Below are positions 30,857 through 40,250 of a stretch of 64,000 nt of DNA, in pieces (position 1 is the first letter of the stretch; every line of letters begins with the position of its first letter). The translations under genes were made by a program, and so were the position numbers. The stretch comes from Euryarchaeota archaeon UBA62 (GTDB lineage: Archaea > Thermoplasmatota > Poseidoniia > Poseidoniales > Thalassarchaeaceae): the NCBI GenBank assembly GCA_002502095.1, contig DAPJ01000028.1, positions 37,387 to 101,386 on the forward strand, in the 5' to 3' direction. The notes under the pieces were generated by a model, which saw only the letters and a list, made by a program, of their open reading frames with translations, made no database searches and was not told the origin of the DNA.

Positions 30857-32143
30857 ATGGCGAAATATGATTTCAAATTACCCGATATTGGAGAAGGAGT
30901 CGTGGAGGGAGAAGTAGTCACTTGGCACGTATCCGTAGGGGATTCAGTTTCTGAGGATGACCCCATTGTTGATGTGATGACTGATAAGGCCACTGTAACT
31001 ATTCCTTCCCCGACAGATGGTACTGTCCTGTCCCTCAATGGGGAGGTGGGCGATATGATTGCTGTTGGGTCGGTTCTGATAGAATTCGATACCGATGGGA
31101 CTGGTCTTGAAACTCCCAATGAAGATGAAGGGCCTCAAGTGGTTGAAGAAAAGAAGCCAGATGAAGAAAAGAAGGCCTCCGCGGAAATCGAAAAGAAAGT
31201 AGAGGTAAAAGCACCCGAAATTTCGAAACCTATTGAAATTTCGGCTCCCGAAATACCTGTTTCTAGTTCCAAAACAGTACTAGCCAGCCCGGCTGTCAGA
31301 AGAAGGGCCAGAGAATCGGGAATAGATCTTTCATCATTGAATGGCAGTGGTCCTGCTGGAAGAATTAGACATGCGGACATAGATGCCTTCGTAGCTGGAG
31401 GAGGAGCCATAATGGGAGCTCCCCCTGTGGCGTACTCTACGAAGAGAAGCGGCATTAACGAGGTCAAAATTGTTGGCCTCAGGAGGAAGATTTCCGAGCA
31501 GATGGTCAAGAGTGCTTTTTCCATACCTCATTTCTCATATTTTGAGGAGGTTGATGTTACGGAGCTTGAAGGATTGAGGCAGGCACTGAACGCTAGTCGT
31601 GGAGAGGATCAGCCAAAACTTACCTACTTGCCTTTCATCATGCTAGCCCTAGCTAAAATTATGCCAGAACATCCAGAATGTAATGGGTATTTCTATGATG
31701 AAGAAGGATTAGTCCACCGGCATGAGGCTGTAAACTTGGGAATAGCCACACAGACAGATAGGGGACTATACGTACCAGTCGTCAAGAATGTCGAGGCCAT
31801 GGACGTCTGGCAAGCGGCGAGCGACCTGATCCGTGTTTCGGGAGCAGCGAGATCGGGTACGGCTAGTCTTGATGACTTAACAGGTTCCACTTTCACAATT
31901 ACCAGTCTTGGAAGAGAAGGGGGTCTTGGTGCGACACCAATAATTAATCATCCAGAGATGGCTATATTGGGAGTGCATAAAGCTAGGGAAATGCCAGTTG
32001 TCAGAAGTGGAAATATCGAAGTCAGGAGAATCATGAATCTTTCCAGCTCCTTCGATCATAGAGTAATCGATGGAGCAGATGGAGCTAGTCTGGTTCAGCA
32101 TCTGAAAAGAATGCTAGAGCATCCTGCTATGATATTCATGTGA
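30857..32143 (+). CDS. bkdB: Dihydrolipoamide acyltransferase E2
   Basis: Lipoyl domain MTDKAT, E3-binding ASPAVRRRA..GSGPAGRI, catalytic DHRVIDG. Confidence 0.92.
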   Translation: MAKYDFKLPDIGEGVVEGEVVTWHVSVGDSVSEDDPIVDVMTDKATVTIPSPTDGTVLSLNGEVGDMIAVGSVLIEFDTDGTGLETPNEDEGPQVVEEKKPDEEKKASAEIEKKVEVKAPEISKPIEISAPEIPVSSSKTVLASPAVRRRARESGIDLSSLNGSGPAGRIRHADIDAFVAGGGAIMGAPPVAYSTKRSGINEVKIVGLRRKISEQMVKSAFSIPHFSYFEEVDVTELEGLRQALNASRGEDQPKLTYLPFIMLALAKIMPEHPECNGYFYDEEGLVHRHEAVNLGIATQTDRGLYVPVVKNVEAMDVWQAASDLIRVSGAARSGTASLDDLTGSTFTITSLGREGGLGATPIINHPEMAILGVHKAREMPVVRSGNIEVRRIMNLSSSFDHRVIDGADGASLVQHLKRMLEHPAMIFM

Positions 32144-32152
32144 GGTGGCATA

Positions 32153-33589
32153 ATGACTGAAATTAGAAAATGTCAAGTCTTGATAGTTGGCGCAGGTCCT
32201 GGTGGATATGTAGCTGGAATTAGATCTGGTCAGCTCGGCCTTGATACCATTGTTGTAGAAGGGGATAAATCAGGAGGAACCTGTCTGATTAGAGGGTGCA
32301 TTCCAAGTAAGGCAATGATACATGCGGCTGAGAGATTTGAGTCACTTTCGAAGCATAGTTCTGAGAATGGACATATGGGTATTTCGATATCATCTGAACC
32401 AGTGCTAGATATGCCATCACTGATTTCTTGGAAGGACTCAATTGTAGACCGTTTGAACAAAGGCGTAGAATCTCTGTTGAAGGGAGCTGGTGTAGACTTA
32501 GTAAAAGGATGGGCAACTTTCACTGGCCCTAAGAGGTGTACTGTAAAAACCTCTGAAGGCAATATAGAAATTGAGGCAGAAAATGTAATCATTGCAACTG
32601 GATCTAGTCACATAGACCTTCCTTTCATGCCTTGTGATGAAGAGTTCGTACTCTCTTCAACGGGAGCTCTTGAGTTAGATTCCTTGCCCTCAAAAGTCGC
32701 CATAGTTGGAGGCGGTTATATTGGATTAGAGCTCGGGTGCGCACTTTCTAAATTGGGGTCAGAGGTAACGGTAATAGAGGGGATGGACAGTATATTAGGA
32801 ATATTTGACAAGGAGCTCCGAAGACCTCTCGAGATATGGCTGAAGAAGCATGGAGTCTCAATCCATACTGGCTCTCTAGCCAAGGGTGCAGAGGTCAAGG
32901 GGAGAGGCGCCTCGAAGAAAGTCGAGCTCTCTTTCGAGAAGGAGGGGGAGCTTCAATCAATTAAGGTCGACAAGGTATTGGTAACTGTTGGAAGGAAGCC
33001 GAATACCAAGGATTGGGGATTAGAGACCATGGGGGTAAGGATGGATCACTCCGGACGATTCATCAGAATTGACAGACAATGCAGGACAAATGTCCCAGGT
33101 GTCTTCGCTATCGGTGATGTTTCAGGAGAGCCAATGCTGGCACACAAGGCTAGTTCACAGGGAGAGATGGTAGCTGAGATTATTTCAGGATTAAACAGAG
33201 AGTTTGACAAGGTTGCTATCCCTGCTATTGTTTTCACCGAACCTGAGATAGTTTCTGTGGGTTTGATGCCTGATGAAGCTAAAGAAAGGGGCGAGGAGAT
33301 AATTGTCGGGAAGTTTCCACTAGCTGCGAATGGCAGAGCTCTAACTCTTGAAGCCGAGAAAACAGGCGGATTTATCAGAGTTGTAGCTCGAGATTCTGAT
33401 CACGTTATCCTAGGAATACAGGCAGTAGGAAGTCATGTAGCTGAACTCCATGGAGAGTTTGTACTAGCTCTTGAGATGGGTGCCCTCTTGGAGGATATTG
33501 CCGATACGGTGCACGCTCATCCGACCATGACAGAGGCCTTCCACGAAAGCGTTCTAAAATCTCTAGGTCACGCTATCCATTCAGCATGA
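32153..33589 (+). CDS. lpdA: Dihydrolipoamide dehydrogenase E3
   Basis: GAGPGGY, GGTCLIRGCIPSK, GGGYIGLE, HAHPTMTE. Confidence 0.95.
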   Translation: MTEIRKCQVLIVGAGPGGYVAGIRSGQLGLDTIVVEGDKSGGTCLIRGCIPSKAMIHAAERFESLSKHSSENGHMGISISSEPVLDMPSLISWKDSIVDRLNKGVESLLKGAGVDLVKGWATFTGPKRCTVKTSEGNIEIEAENVIIATGSSHIDLPFMPCDEEFVLSSTGALELDSLPSKVAIVGGGYIGLELGCALSKLGSEVTVIEGMDSILGIFDKELRRPLEIWLKKHGVSIHTGSLAKGAEVKGRGASKKVELSFEKEGELQSIKVDKVLVTVGRKPNTKDWGLETMGVRMDHSGRFIRIDRQCRTNVPGVFAIGDVSGEPMLAHKASSQGEMVAEIISGLNREFDKVAIPAIVFTEPEIVSVGLMPDEAKERGEEIIVGKFPLAANGRALTLEAEKTGGFIRVVARDSDHVILGIQAVGSHVAELHGEFVLALEMGALLEDIADTVHAHPTMTEAFHESVLKSLGHAIHSA

Positions 33590-33598
33590 GGTGGATTC

Positions 33599-34267
33599 TT
33601 GTCAGAGATAAAAATACTCCATCTCGGAGTAGAGGAGTATTCTACAGTTTTTGAGAAGATGAAAAAATTACAGGAAAGAAGAATCGAGGATGAAATTACT
33701 GATACTCTGATTTTCGTTACTCATCCAGAAGTTGTCACCTTGGGGCCCAAGGCAGTTAGGGATGGAGTGGAGATTGAAGATTATCAGGTATTCGAGACAG
33801 ATAGAGGAGGTGGGGCAACATGGCATGGACCTGGACAACTAGTTGTCTATCCAATAATTAAGTGGGAAGGAGAGTTACAAAGTGTCAGAGCAGTGATATC
33901 TCTGTTGGAGGATTGGACAATATCGGCTTTCGAAGTATGTGGCATTGAGTCATACAAAGACGAAGCGATGCAAGGAGTATGGGTCGATGGGCACAAAATT
34001 TGCTCCATTGGGCTTTCTTTCTTCAAATGGGTCAGTAGGCATGGGATGTCAATAAATGTGAATACACCGGGTTCCAGGGTAGAGAGAGTCTCTGGATGTG
34101 GCATGCAGGAAGGAACCCATACTTGTCTACACAAGCTTGGATATCGTTTCGATAGGGAAGGGAATGAGATTGATATCAAAAGAATTGAAGATGCATTGTT
34201 TGAGACATGTCAGAGAATTCTAGGGAGAGTCCCTAGTAACAATATGGGCGAGGATATGAGGGCTTAG
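33599..34267 (+). CDS. lipB: Octanoyltransferase (lipoate-protein ligase B)
   Basis: HPEVVTLG, DRGGGATWHGPGQLVVYPI, KICSIG, HGMSIN, GCG. Confidence 0.9.
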   Translation: MSEIKILHLGVEEYSTVFEKMKKLQERRIEDEITDTLIFVTHPEVVTLGPKAVRDGVEIEDYQVFETDRGGGATWHGPGQLVVYPIIKWEGELQSVRAVISLLEDWTISAFEVCGIESYKDEAMQGVWVDGHKICSIGLSFFKWVSRHGMSINVNTPGSRVERVSGCGMQEGTHTCLHKLGYRFDREGNEIDIKRIEDALFETCQRILGRVPSNNMGEDMRA

Positions 34268-34268
34268 A

Positions 34269-35462
34269 ATGATTCCAGAGAAAGGGCCACTTGCCAGACT
34301 GTGGGGATTAGACCCCAATACAGTCTTCCTAAACCATGGATCATTCGGTGCGTCCCCCCTTGCTGTTCGTGAGGAGCAGGATAGAATCAGAAATGAAATG
34401 GAAGAAGATCCGGTATATTTTGTGGAGAGGAGAATGAAAAATCTATGGGAAGAGTCCATTTTTGAGCTATCCAGATTTCTTAATGCAGATCCAGAAGGTA
34501 TGGTCTTCGTTACAAATGCGACAATGGGAGTAAATACTGTACTCAGATCTCTAAAACTTTCACCGGGAGATGAAATTATTGTTCCAGATCACGCATATCA
34601 GGCTTGTAAGAATGCGATTGATTTCGTTACTGGAAGAACTGGCGCGAGGACAGTAATTATTCAGGTTCCTTTCAGGGTGGACGATGATTCCGAAATCATT
34701 GAGCCGATATTATCTGCAGTGACGAGCAGAACGGTATTAGCAATGATAGATACTGTTTCCAGCCCTACGGGCATAAGGATGCCATTTGAGAAACTAGTAT
34801 ATCAACTACAGAACAGGGGTGTTGATGTCCTAGTTGATGCTGCTCACGGCCCTGGAATTGTTCCTCTGGATATTACTAAATTGAATCCAGCCTATATTAC
34901 TGGAAATTGTCACAAGTGGCTATGTACCCCAAAGGGCTCTGCTTTCCTTCATATTAGGGAAGATAAGAGGACGGAGATTTGCCCATTAAACATAGGTCAT
35001 GGCTATTCAAGTGATTTACCTGTAGCAGAGAAATTCCGATTTGAATTTGACTGGTCGGGTACACGAGACCCCAGTCCATGGTTGTGTATTCCGTTCTCTA
35101 TTGGGTACTTGGGAAGTCAGATTAAAGGAGGTTGGGAAGGGATAATGACGAAGAACAAGGAGATGATACTTCAAGGTAGAGAGCTTCTTTGTGAGGCTCT
35201 GGGGACCACACCTCCAACTCCAGATTCCATGATTTCTTCGATGTCATCAGTTGAGTTCCCCTGGGAGGGCGAAGTCCCCCCCTCTCCGCCGGATGGTGAA
35301 CCCACTCACAATTTACTTTATGATGAGTACAGGATTCAAGTACCGGTGATTTCATGGCCTGTTCACAACACCAAATATATCAGGATTTCAGCTCATATTT
35401 ACAACACTAAAGAGGAGTTTGAATATCTCTCAGAATCGCTAAAATCAATTTTAGGGAGTTAG
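34269..35462 (+). CDS. Class V PLP enzyme (isopenicillin-N epimerase / L-cysteine desulfhydrase / Egt2-like)
   Basis: FLNHGSFGA, DAAHGPG, GNCHKW (PLP Lys), GTRD, RISAHIYN. Confidence 0.82.
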   Translation: MIPEKGPLARLWGLDPNTVFLNHGSFGASPLAVREEQDRIRNEMEEDPVYFVERRMKNLWEESIFELSRFLNADPEGMVFVTNATMGVNTVLRSLKLSPGDEIIVPDHAYQACKNAIDFVTGRTGARTVIIQVPFRVDDDSEIIEPILSAVTSRTVLAMIDTVSSPTGIRMPFEKLVYQLQNRGVDVLVDAAHGPGIVPLDITKLNPAYITGNCHKWLCTPKGSAFLHIREDKRTEICPLNIGHGYSSDLPVAEKFRFEFDWSGTRDPSPWLCIPFSIGYLGSQIKGGWEGIMTKNKEMILQGRELLCEALGTTPPTPDSMISSMSSVEFPWEGEVPPSPPDGEPTHNLLYDEYRIQVPVISWPVHNTKYIRISAHIYNTKEEFEYLSESLKSILGS

Positions 35463-35498
35463 GCAACCATTCAAGGCATGTAGCATTGCCGGCACATC

Positions 35499-36077
35499 AT
35501 GCCTAGTGCAGTAGTAGCGATAACTGGGGCCTCGGGTGCCCGCTATGGAGTTAGGTTAGTTGAGCAACTAAGTCTAGCTGGATGGGAAATTGATCTCATA
35601 GTGAGTAAAGCCGGTGAAATCAATCTCAAACTAGAGTGTGGCATAGGGGCTGCGGAGCTGGATGAAATTGAGGGCGTCTCCATACACAATAATGCGAATC
35701 TTGCTGCCAGACCGGCTTCTGGATCAGCATTGTATGACGCCTATGTAATCTGTCCAGCTAGTGGAACAACCATAGGAAAAATTGGAGCAGGAATATCTGA
35801 TAATCTATCAACTAGAAGCGCTCTTGTTGCAATCAAGGAGAGAAGGAAGCTGATCATTGTACCAAGGGAAACTCCTTCGCCTACGCCTCACCTTGAGGCT
35901 ATGGCAAAGATGTCTTCGTGGGGAGTTGTCATATTACCAGCTAATCCGGGATTCTATAATTCACCAGAGTCAATTGATGACTTAATTGACTTCGTCGTAG
36001 CCAGAATTTTGGATCAGATGGGGGTGTCACACACTCTTGGTAAGAGATGGACCGGTGATGAAGTAACACTTGAGTAA
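35499..36077 (+). CDS. ubiX: Flavin prenyltransferase UbiX
   Basis: ITGASG, ASGS, KERRKLIIVPRETP, PGFY, FVVARILD. Confidence 0.92.
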   Translation: MPSAVVAITGASGARYGVRLVEQLSLAGWEIDLIVSKAGEINLKLECGIGAAELDEIEGVSIHNNANLAARPASGSALYDAYVICPASGTTIGKIGAGISDNLSTRSALVAIKERRKLIIVPRETPSPTPHLEAMAKMSSWGVVILPANPGFYNSPESIDDLIDFVVARILDQMGVSHTLGKRWTGDEVTLE

Positions 36078-36137
36078 ACGAGTTATTTCAGATAATCTCC
36101 AGAATGGGTTCAATAGTCAGCGTGATTTAACTCTGCT

Positions 36138-37862
36138 GTGAGCGAATCCTCTGATTGGTCTGATCTGTCAGTATCTGAACTCAAAGACTCCCTCAGGGAA
36201 AGAGGGATGCCCGTTTCTGGGAGGAAGGAGGAGCTAGTTAGAAGACTGGAAGAAAATTCTATTTTTCAGGCTGAAATTGCTGATATTCCATCTCATAATA
36301 AGGGATTCAGAAGATTATTAGATAGGATTAGAGATTTACCATTTTCCACATTGGTTGTGATTTCGATACTAATTGTTGGCGGGTCTGGAGGAGCTGTTGT
36401 ATATGGTGATGAAATACTAGATTTTATCCAAGGGGATACAGAATATGTACTCCTTGATTTTGATACTGACAAGACCAGAGAATTCGCTCAGACGTTGGTT
36501 GATTTGGGACATCCTGAATGGGAAGGGAGAATGTCTGGAACCGTAGAAGAGGAAAATACGGCTAATGCGATTAAGAGTAATTTTACATCCATGGGGATAC
36601 CATCTACAATGGATGAATTTGATGTTAATATGTTTGAAATTGGAGAAGAGCCGGATTTATCCATATGTGTGCCAGGAGATATCGGGAATATTTTCGGAGG
36701 ACCAACACCCTGCTCAGCCGCTGATGTAAACAGGCAGATAACTCAATTCACCCATAGAGAAGACTATGTGATTCAGGGATACAGCGGATCCGTAGATATT
36801 TTTCATACTGAAAATGCTGATATTGTTGATCTAGGAAATGGTAGCGAAGACTCTGATTGGGCATCAGCTGCTAGTAAAATTGCCATGGTCTGGATAGAGA
36901 CAGGGACTGACGGGAATACTGATTTATTGGAGAGGGCCTTATCCAATGACGTTAATTCGATAATTACCGTAAACTCTCTGACTAATTGTAATGAGCTGGT
37001 GATGGATGATTGTGTCCCTTACTTCAAGGGCATAGATCTGACGAGATTTGATTTCATTCCAGACTCATTTGGATTCATAATGGTCTCCAAGAGCGTAGGT
37101 ACCGCGATATCCGATAGTGTCATCAATGGAGATGGGCGAATCCAGATGAGGATAGATGTGGATAATCAGGCTGTTTCAACCATATACGTCCCATGCGGAA
37201 TTATCGAAGGTAAGACTGATTCAATTATAGTTCTGGGAGCCCATCATGATACAGTATACAATGGACAAGGAGCAGTTGATGATAGTTCAGGAGTGGCGAC
37301 ATTACAGGAAATCGCCAGACAGTTTTCGATTCTTGAATCTAGTCTGGGAGAGCCTGAATATACGATTTACTTCTGTACATGGGGAGGGGAAGAAGAAGGG
37401 CTTTGGGGGTCCAAGGAATGGGTCGATAAGTATCGTAACATGCTCTCAGAAAACTTGCGTTTGACTATCAACCTAGATATGAATCATGTAGACTTGGAAA
37501 GGAATAACGGTCTGACTATCTATGGAAACAGTCCCAAGGATACGAAGATAGTCAGAGGAATCGCGGCGAAGTTTTCTGATGTTCATACTGACTTGTCATC
37601 AAAGTACAGCGTAAATGTGAATGAAATCCCGTCTACGGCTATGCCTTACAACTCGGATCACGCCCCCTTCGTCTATGAGATAGACAATCAACCAGACGAT
37701 GGTATGGAATACGGAAAGGCCCTAGTGTGCTATGGCTCTGGTTCCAGTGAGTACCACACTTATCTGGACACCATGGACCGATTCAATGAGGAAAGCTTGG
37801 CAGTCTCTGGGATAATATTAGGGTCATTCATCAGGTATCTTTCATACGGAGAGAGAGTCTAA
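36138..37862 (+). CDS. SAP domain + TM + M28 family metallopeptidase with PA-like insert
   Basis: SAP: LSVSELKDSLRERGMPVSGRKEELVRRL. M28: GAHHDT, GAVDDSSG, GEEEGLWGS, NLDM, SDHAPF, YHTYLD. Confidence 0.85.
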   Translation: MSESSDWSDLSVSELKDSLRERGMPVSGRKEELVRRLEENSIFQAEIADIPSHNKGFRRLLDRIRDLPFSTLVVISILIVGGSGGAVVYGDEILDFIQGDTEYVLLDFDTDKTREFAQTLVDLGHPEWEGRMSGTVEEENTANAIKSNFTSMGIPSTMDEFDVNMFEIGEEPDLSICVPGDIGNIFGGPTPCSAADVNRQITQFTHREDYVIQGYSGSVDIFHTENADIVDLGNGSEDSDWASAASKIAMVWIETGTDGNTDLLERALSNDVNSIITVNSLTNCNELVMDDCVPYFKGIDLTRFDFIPDSFGFIMVSKSVGTAISDSVINGDGRIQMRIDVDNQAVSTIYVPCGIIEGKTDSIIVLGAHHDTVYNGQGAVDDSSGVATLQEIARQFSILESSLGEPEYTIYFCTWGGEEEGLWGSKEWVDKYRNMLSENLRLTINLDMNHVDLERNNGLTIYGNSPKDTKIVRGIAAKFSDVHTDLSSKYSVNVNEIPSTAMPYNSDHAPFVYEIDNQPDDGMEYGKALVCYGSGSSEYHTYLDTMDRFNEESLAVSGIILGSFIRYLSYGERV

Positions 37863-37991
37863 CAGTATTGAAGGAGATAAAAAATAACAAATGATTACTG
37901 GATATTTTGCCATAATTATTCCGTGTAAGTATCACAATCTCAAATCAAATAAAACGAAACCGATATACGCTATCGATTGTCGGCATAGTTT

Positions 37992-38459
37992 ATGGTCAAA
38001 ATAGGAGAAACCGCCCCTGCCTTCACTTTGAAAACAACTGACAAGAGTGATGTCAGCCTGTCTGATTACAAGGGCGAGAAAGTAATTTTAGCATTCTACC
38101 CTGGTGCCTTTACAGGAGTTTGTGACAAGGAAATGTGTGCCTTTCAGGATAATATCGTGAAGTTGAACGAAGCCGGTACTACGGTTCTTGGAATTAGTGT
38201 CGACTCTCCATGGGCCAACAGTGCGTTTTCACAGAAATATAATCTTGGATTCCCATTACTTTCTGATGTAGATAGAAAGGTCGTAAAAAGCTATGACGCC
38301 TCATTTGTAGGCTTGGGTGGAATTGAGGGATATGTTAGTGCCGACAGGGTCGTCATAGTGATAGATGGAGAGGGAATAGTAAGATATCGCTGGGACGCAG
38401 AGAATCCCGGAGTAGAGCCAGATTATGATTCAGTGGTCAACTTTGCTTCTACTTTGTGA
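37992..38459 (+). CDS. Peroxiredoxin (AhpC/TSA family)
   Basis: FYPGAFTGVCDKEMC, GISVDS, LLSD. Confidence 0.9.
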   Translation: MVKIGETAPAFTLKTTDKSDVSLSDYKGEKVILAFYPGAFTGVCDKEMCAFQDNIVKLNEAGTTVLGISVDSPWANSAFSQKYNLGFPLLSDVDRKVVKSYDASFVGLGGIEGYVSADRVVIVIDGEGIVRYRWDAENPGVEPDYDSVVNFASTL

Positions 38460-38499
38460 GCTGTGTCATTTTACTTCCAGGAAGACGTATAGATAATAG

Positions 38500-40242
38500 T
38501 TACATCATTTCAGGCGATTGAATTCCCAATAGTTCCAATCCGGTTGAAATGACTCTCGCTGTCAAGTCACATAGTGCCAACCTACTTGTCATAATCTCTT
38601 CATTCTCAGCCTTTAGTATTGGACAGGCCTCATAGAATGTCGCAAATGCGGAAGAGGTTGCGTGGATGTGTGTGCAGAGTTTATGAGGTTGCATACTAGA
38701 GATTGATTTATCGAATGATTCTGCAAAATTAACGATGCACCTAGCTAACGTCTCCTCTTCTTCGGTAAATAGCTCTATGGAGGAATCTACCATTGACTTT
38801 CGACTGACGGGGGAAAGAGAAAAAATACGTGATATCCTTGCATGAGAATACTGGAGATATGGAGCCGTATTTCCTTCAAAGGAGAGCATCTTATCCCAGT
38901 CAAAGACGTAATCTTTGGTTCTATCAGTGGAAAGATCAGCATACTTTACGGCACCTATCCCTATCATCTTTGAGATCCTATCCTTATCTTTTCCTGTAAG
39001 TCCGGGATTCTTCTCAGAGATGGCATTATCAGCTCTCTTTATTGATTCCTTCAAGAGATCAACAAGTTTTACCGATTGTCCAGCCCTACTTTTCAGCATC
39101 TGTCCATTAGAATCTAGAACTGATCCGAAGTTTATGTGTTTAGCCGTATGTCTCTCATCCATGAATCCTGCCCTTGAAGCGACTTCGAAAACCATCTCAA
39201 AATGTTGTTTCTGTGGAGTTCCCACAACATAAATTAGTTCGTCACATGAAATCCTTTCAACCCTGTCAATTATACAAGCTAGATCAGAAGTGGAGTAGTT
39301 GAAACCACCATCACCTTTCCTAATGATGACTGGGAAAGGGTCCCCCTCCCTATTCACCCACTTACCTCCCAAATAGACTACGCTAGCACCCTCGCTTTCT
39401 TCTAACATTCCCGATTCATGTAATCTCTCAACGACGGTTGGCAGTAGATGTCTGTAAGCAGATTCTCCCATAATATCCCCATCATCCAGAAGTACCCCTA
39501 GCATATCGTACACTTCATTGAAGTAGCCGGTCGATACATCAACCAAGACTTTCCAGAGTCTAAGTGTATCAGAATCCTCGCCTTGTAATAGAACAACTCT
39601 AGATCTGGCCCTTTCAGCGAACATATCATTCTGATCAAACTTTACTCTGGCCTCTTTGTAAAACTGATCAAAATCTGAGATTCCCTTTCTTGATGTGAAG
39701 CTCTCCTCTCCTAAATCTATAAGATGCTCTATTAGCATGCCAAATGGAGTGCCCCAATCTCCGATATGATTCTCCCTAATCACTTCATGGCCCTTGAAAA
39801 CTAGCATTCGAACTATTGCATCGCCTATTACGGTTGATCTTAGATGTCCGACATGCATCTCTTTAGCCACATTAGGTGCTGAATAATCAACAACAATTTT
39901 TCTAGAAGCATCTTTCTTTATGCCCATCATTTTATCAGCTAATAGTTCCATAGTTTTGTTAGCTAACCATTCAGGATGGGCCTTCAGATTGACAAACCCA
40001 TTCATGGAAGATGTCAGGGCCAGTCCCTGTAAATGAGGAGAGATCGCAGTAGAAATCTGCTCTGAAACCTCAACAGGGGATTTCTTTAGTATTCTGGATA
40101 ATGAATGACAAGGGATTGCAACATCAGCCATAGTCCCAACAGTTGAAGGCCCGATTAGATTAGAGATATCCTCTTCATTGATGCCCAATTCAGTGACAGA
40201 ATCGTAAATCAAAGGAGTGCAGGCTTCTATTAGATCCCTCAT
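38500..40242 (-). CDS. argS: Arginine--tRNA ligase
   Basis: DYSAPNVAKEMHVGHLRST, GDWGT, YADLS, GNTAPYLQY. GAGGTG SD before MRDLIE. Confidence 0.95.
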   Translation of the reverse strand: MRDLIEACTPLIYDSVTELGINEEDISNLIGPSTVGTMADVAIPCHSLSRILKKSPVEVSEQISTAISPHLQGLALTSSMNGFVNLKAHPEWLANKTMELLADKMMGIKKDASRKIVVDYSAPNVAKEMHVGHLRSTVIGDAIVRMLVFKGHEVIRENHIGDWGTPFGMLIEHLIDLGEESFTSRKGISDFDQFYKEARVKFDQNDMFAERARSRVVLLQGEDSDTLRLWKVLVDVSTGYFNEVYDMLGVLLDDGDIMGESAYRHLLPTVVERLHESGMLEESEGASVVYLGGKWVNREGDPFPVIIRKGDGGFNYSTSDLACIIDRVERISCDELIYVVGTPQKQHFEMVFEVASRAGFMDERHTAKHINFGSVLDSNGQMLKSRAGQSVKLVDLLKESIKRADNAISEKNPGLTGKDKDRISKMIGIGAVKYADLSTDRTKDYVFDWDKMLSFEGNTAPYLQYSHARISRIFSLSPVSRKSMVDSSIELFTEEEETLARCIVNFAESFDKSISSMQPHKLCTHIHATSSAFATFYEACPILKAENEEIMTSRLALCDLTARVISTGLELLGIQSPEMM

Positions 40243-40250
40243 ATTACACC

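Noticed and set aside
26170..36077. Genomic island integrated at tRNA-Leu
   Set aside because: No integrase and no duplicated tRNA 3' end were seen, and gene style matches the rest of the window. At most this is ancient, ameliorated transfer.
37863..37991. Small ORFs in the AT-rich gap before the peroxiredoxin
   Set aside because: No motif or convincing composition on either strand. More likely terminator plus promoter.
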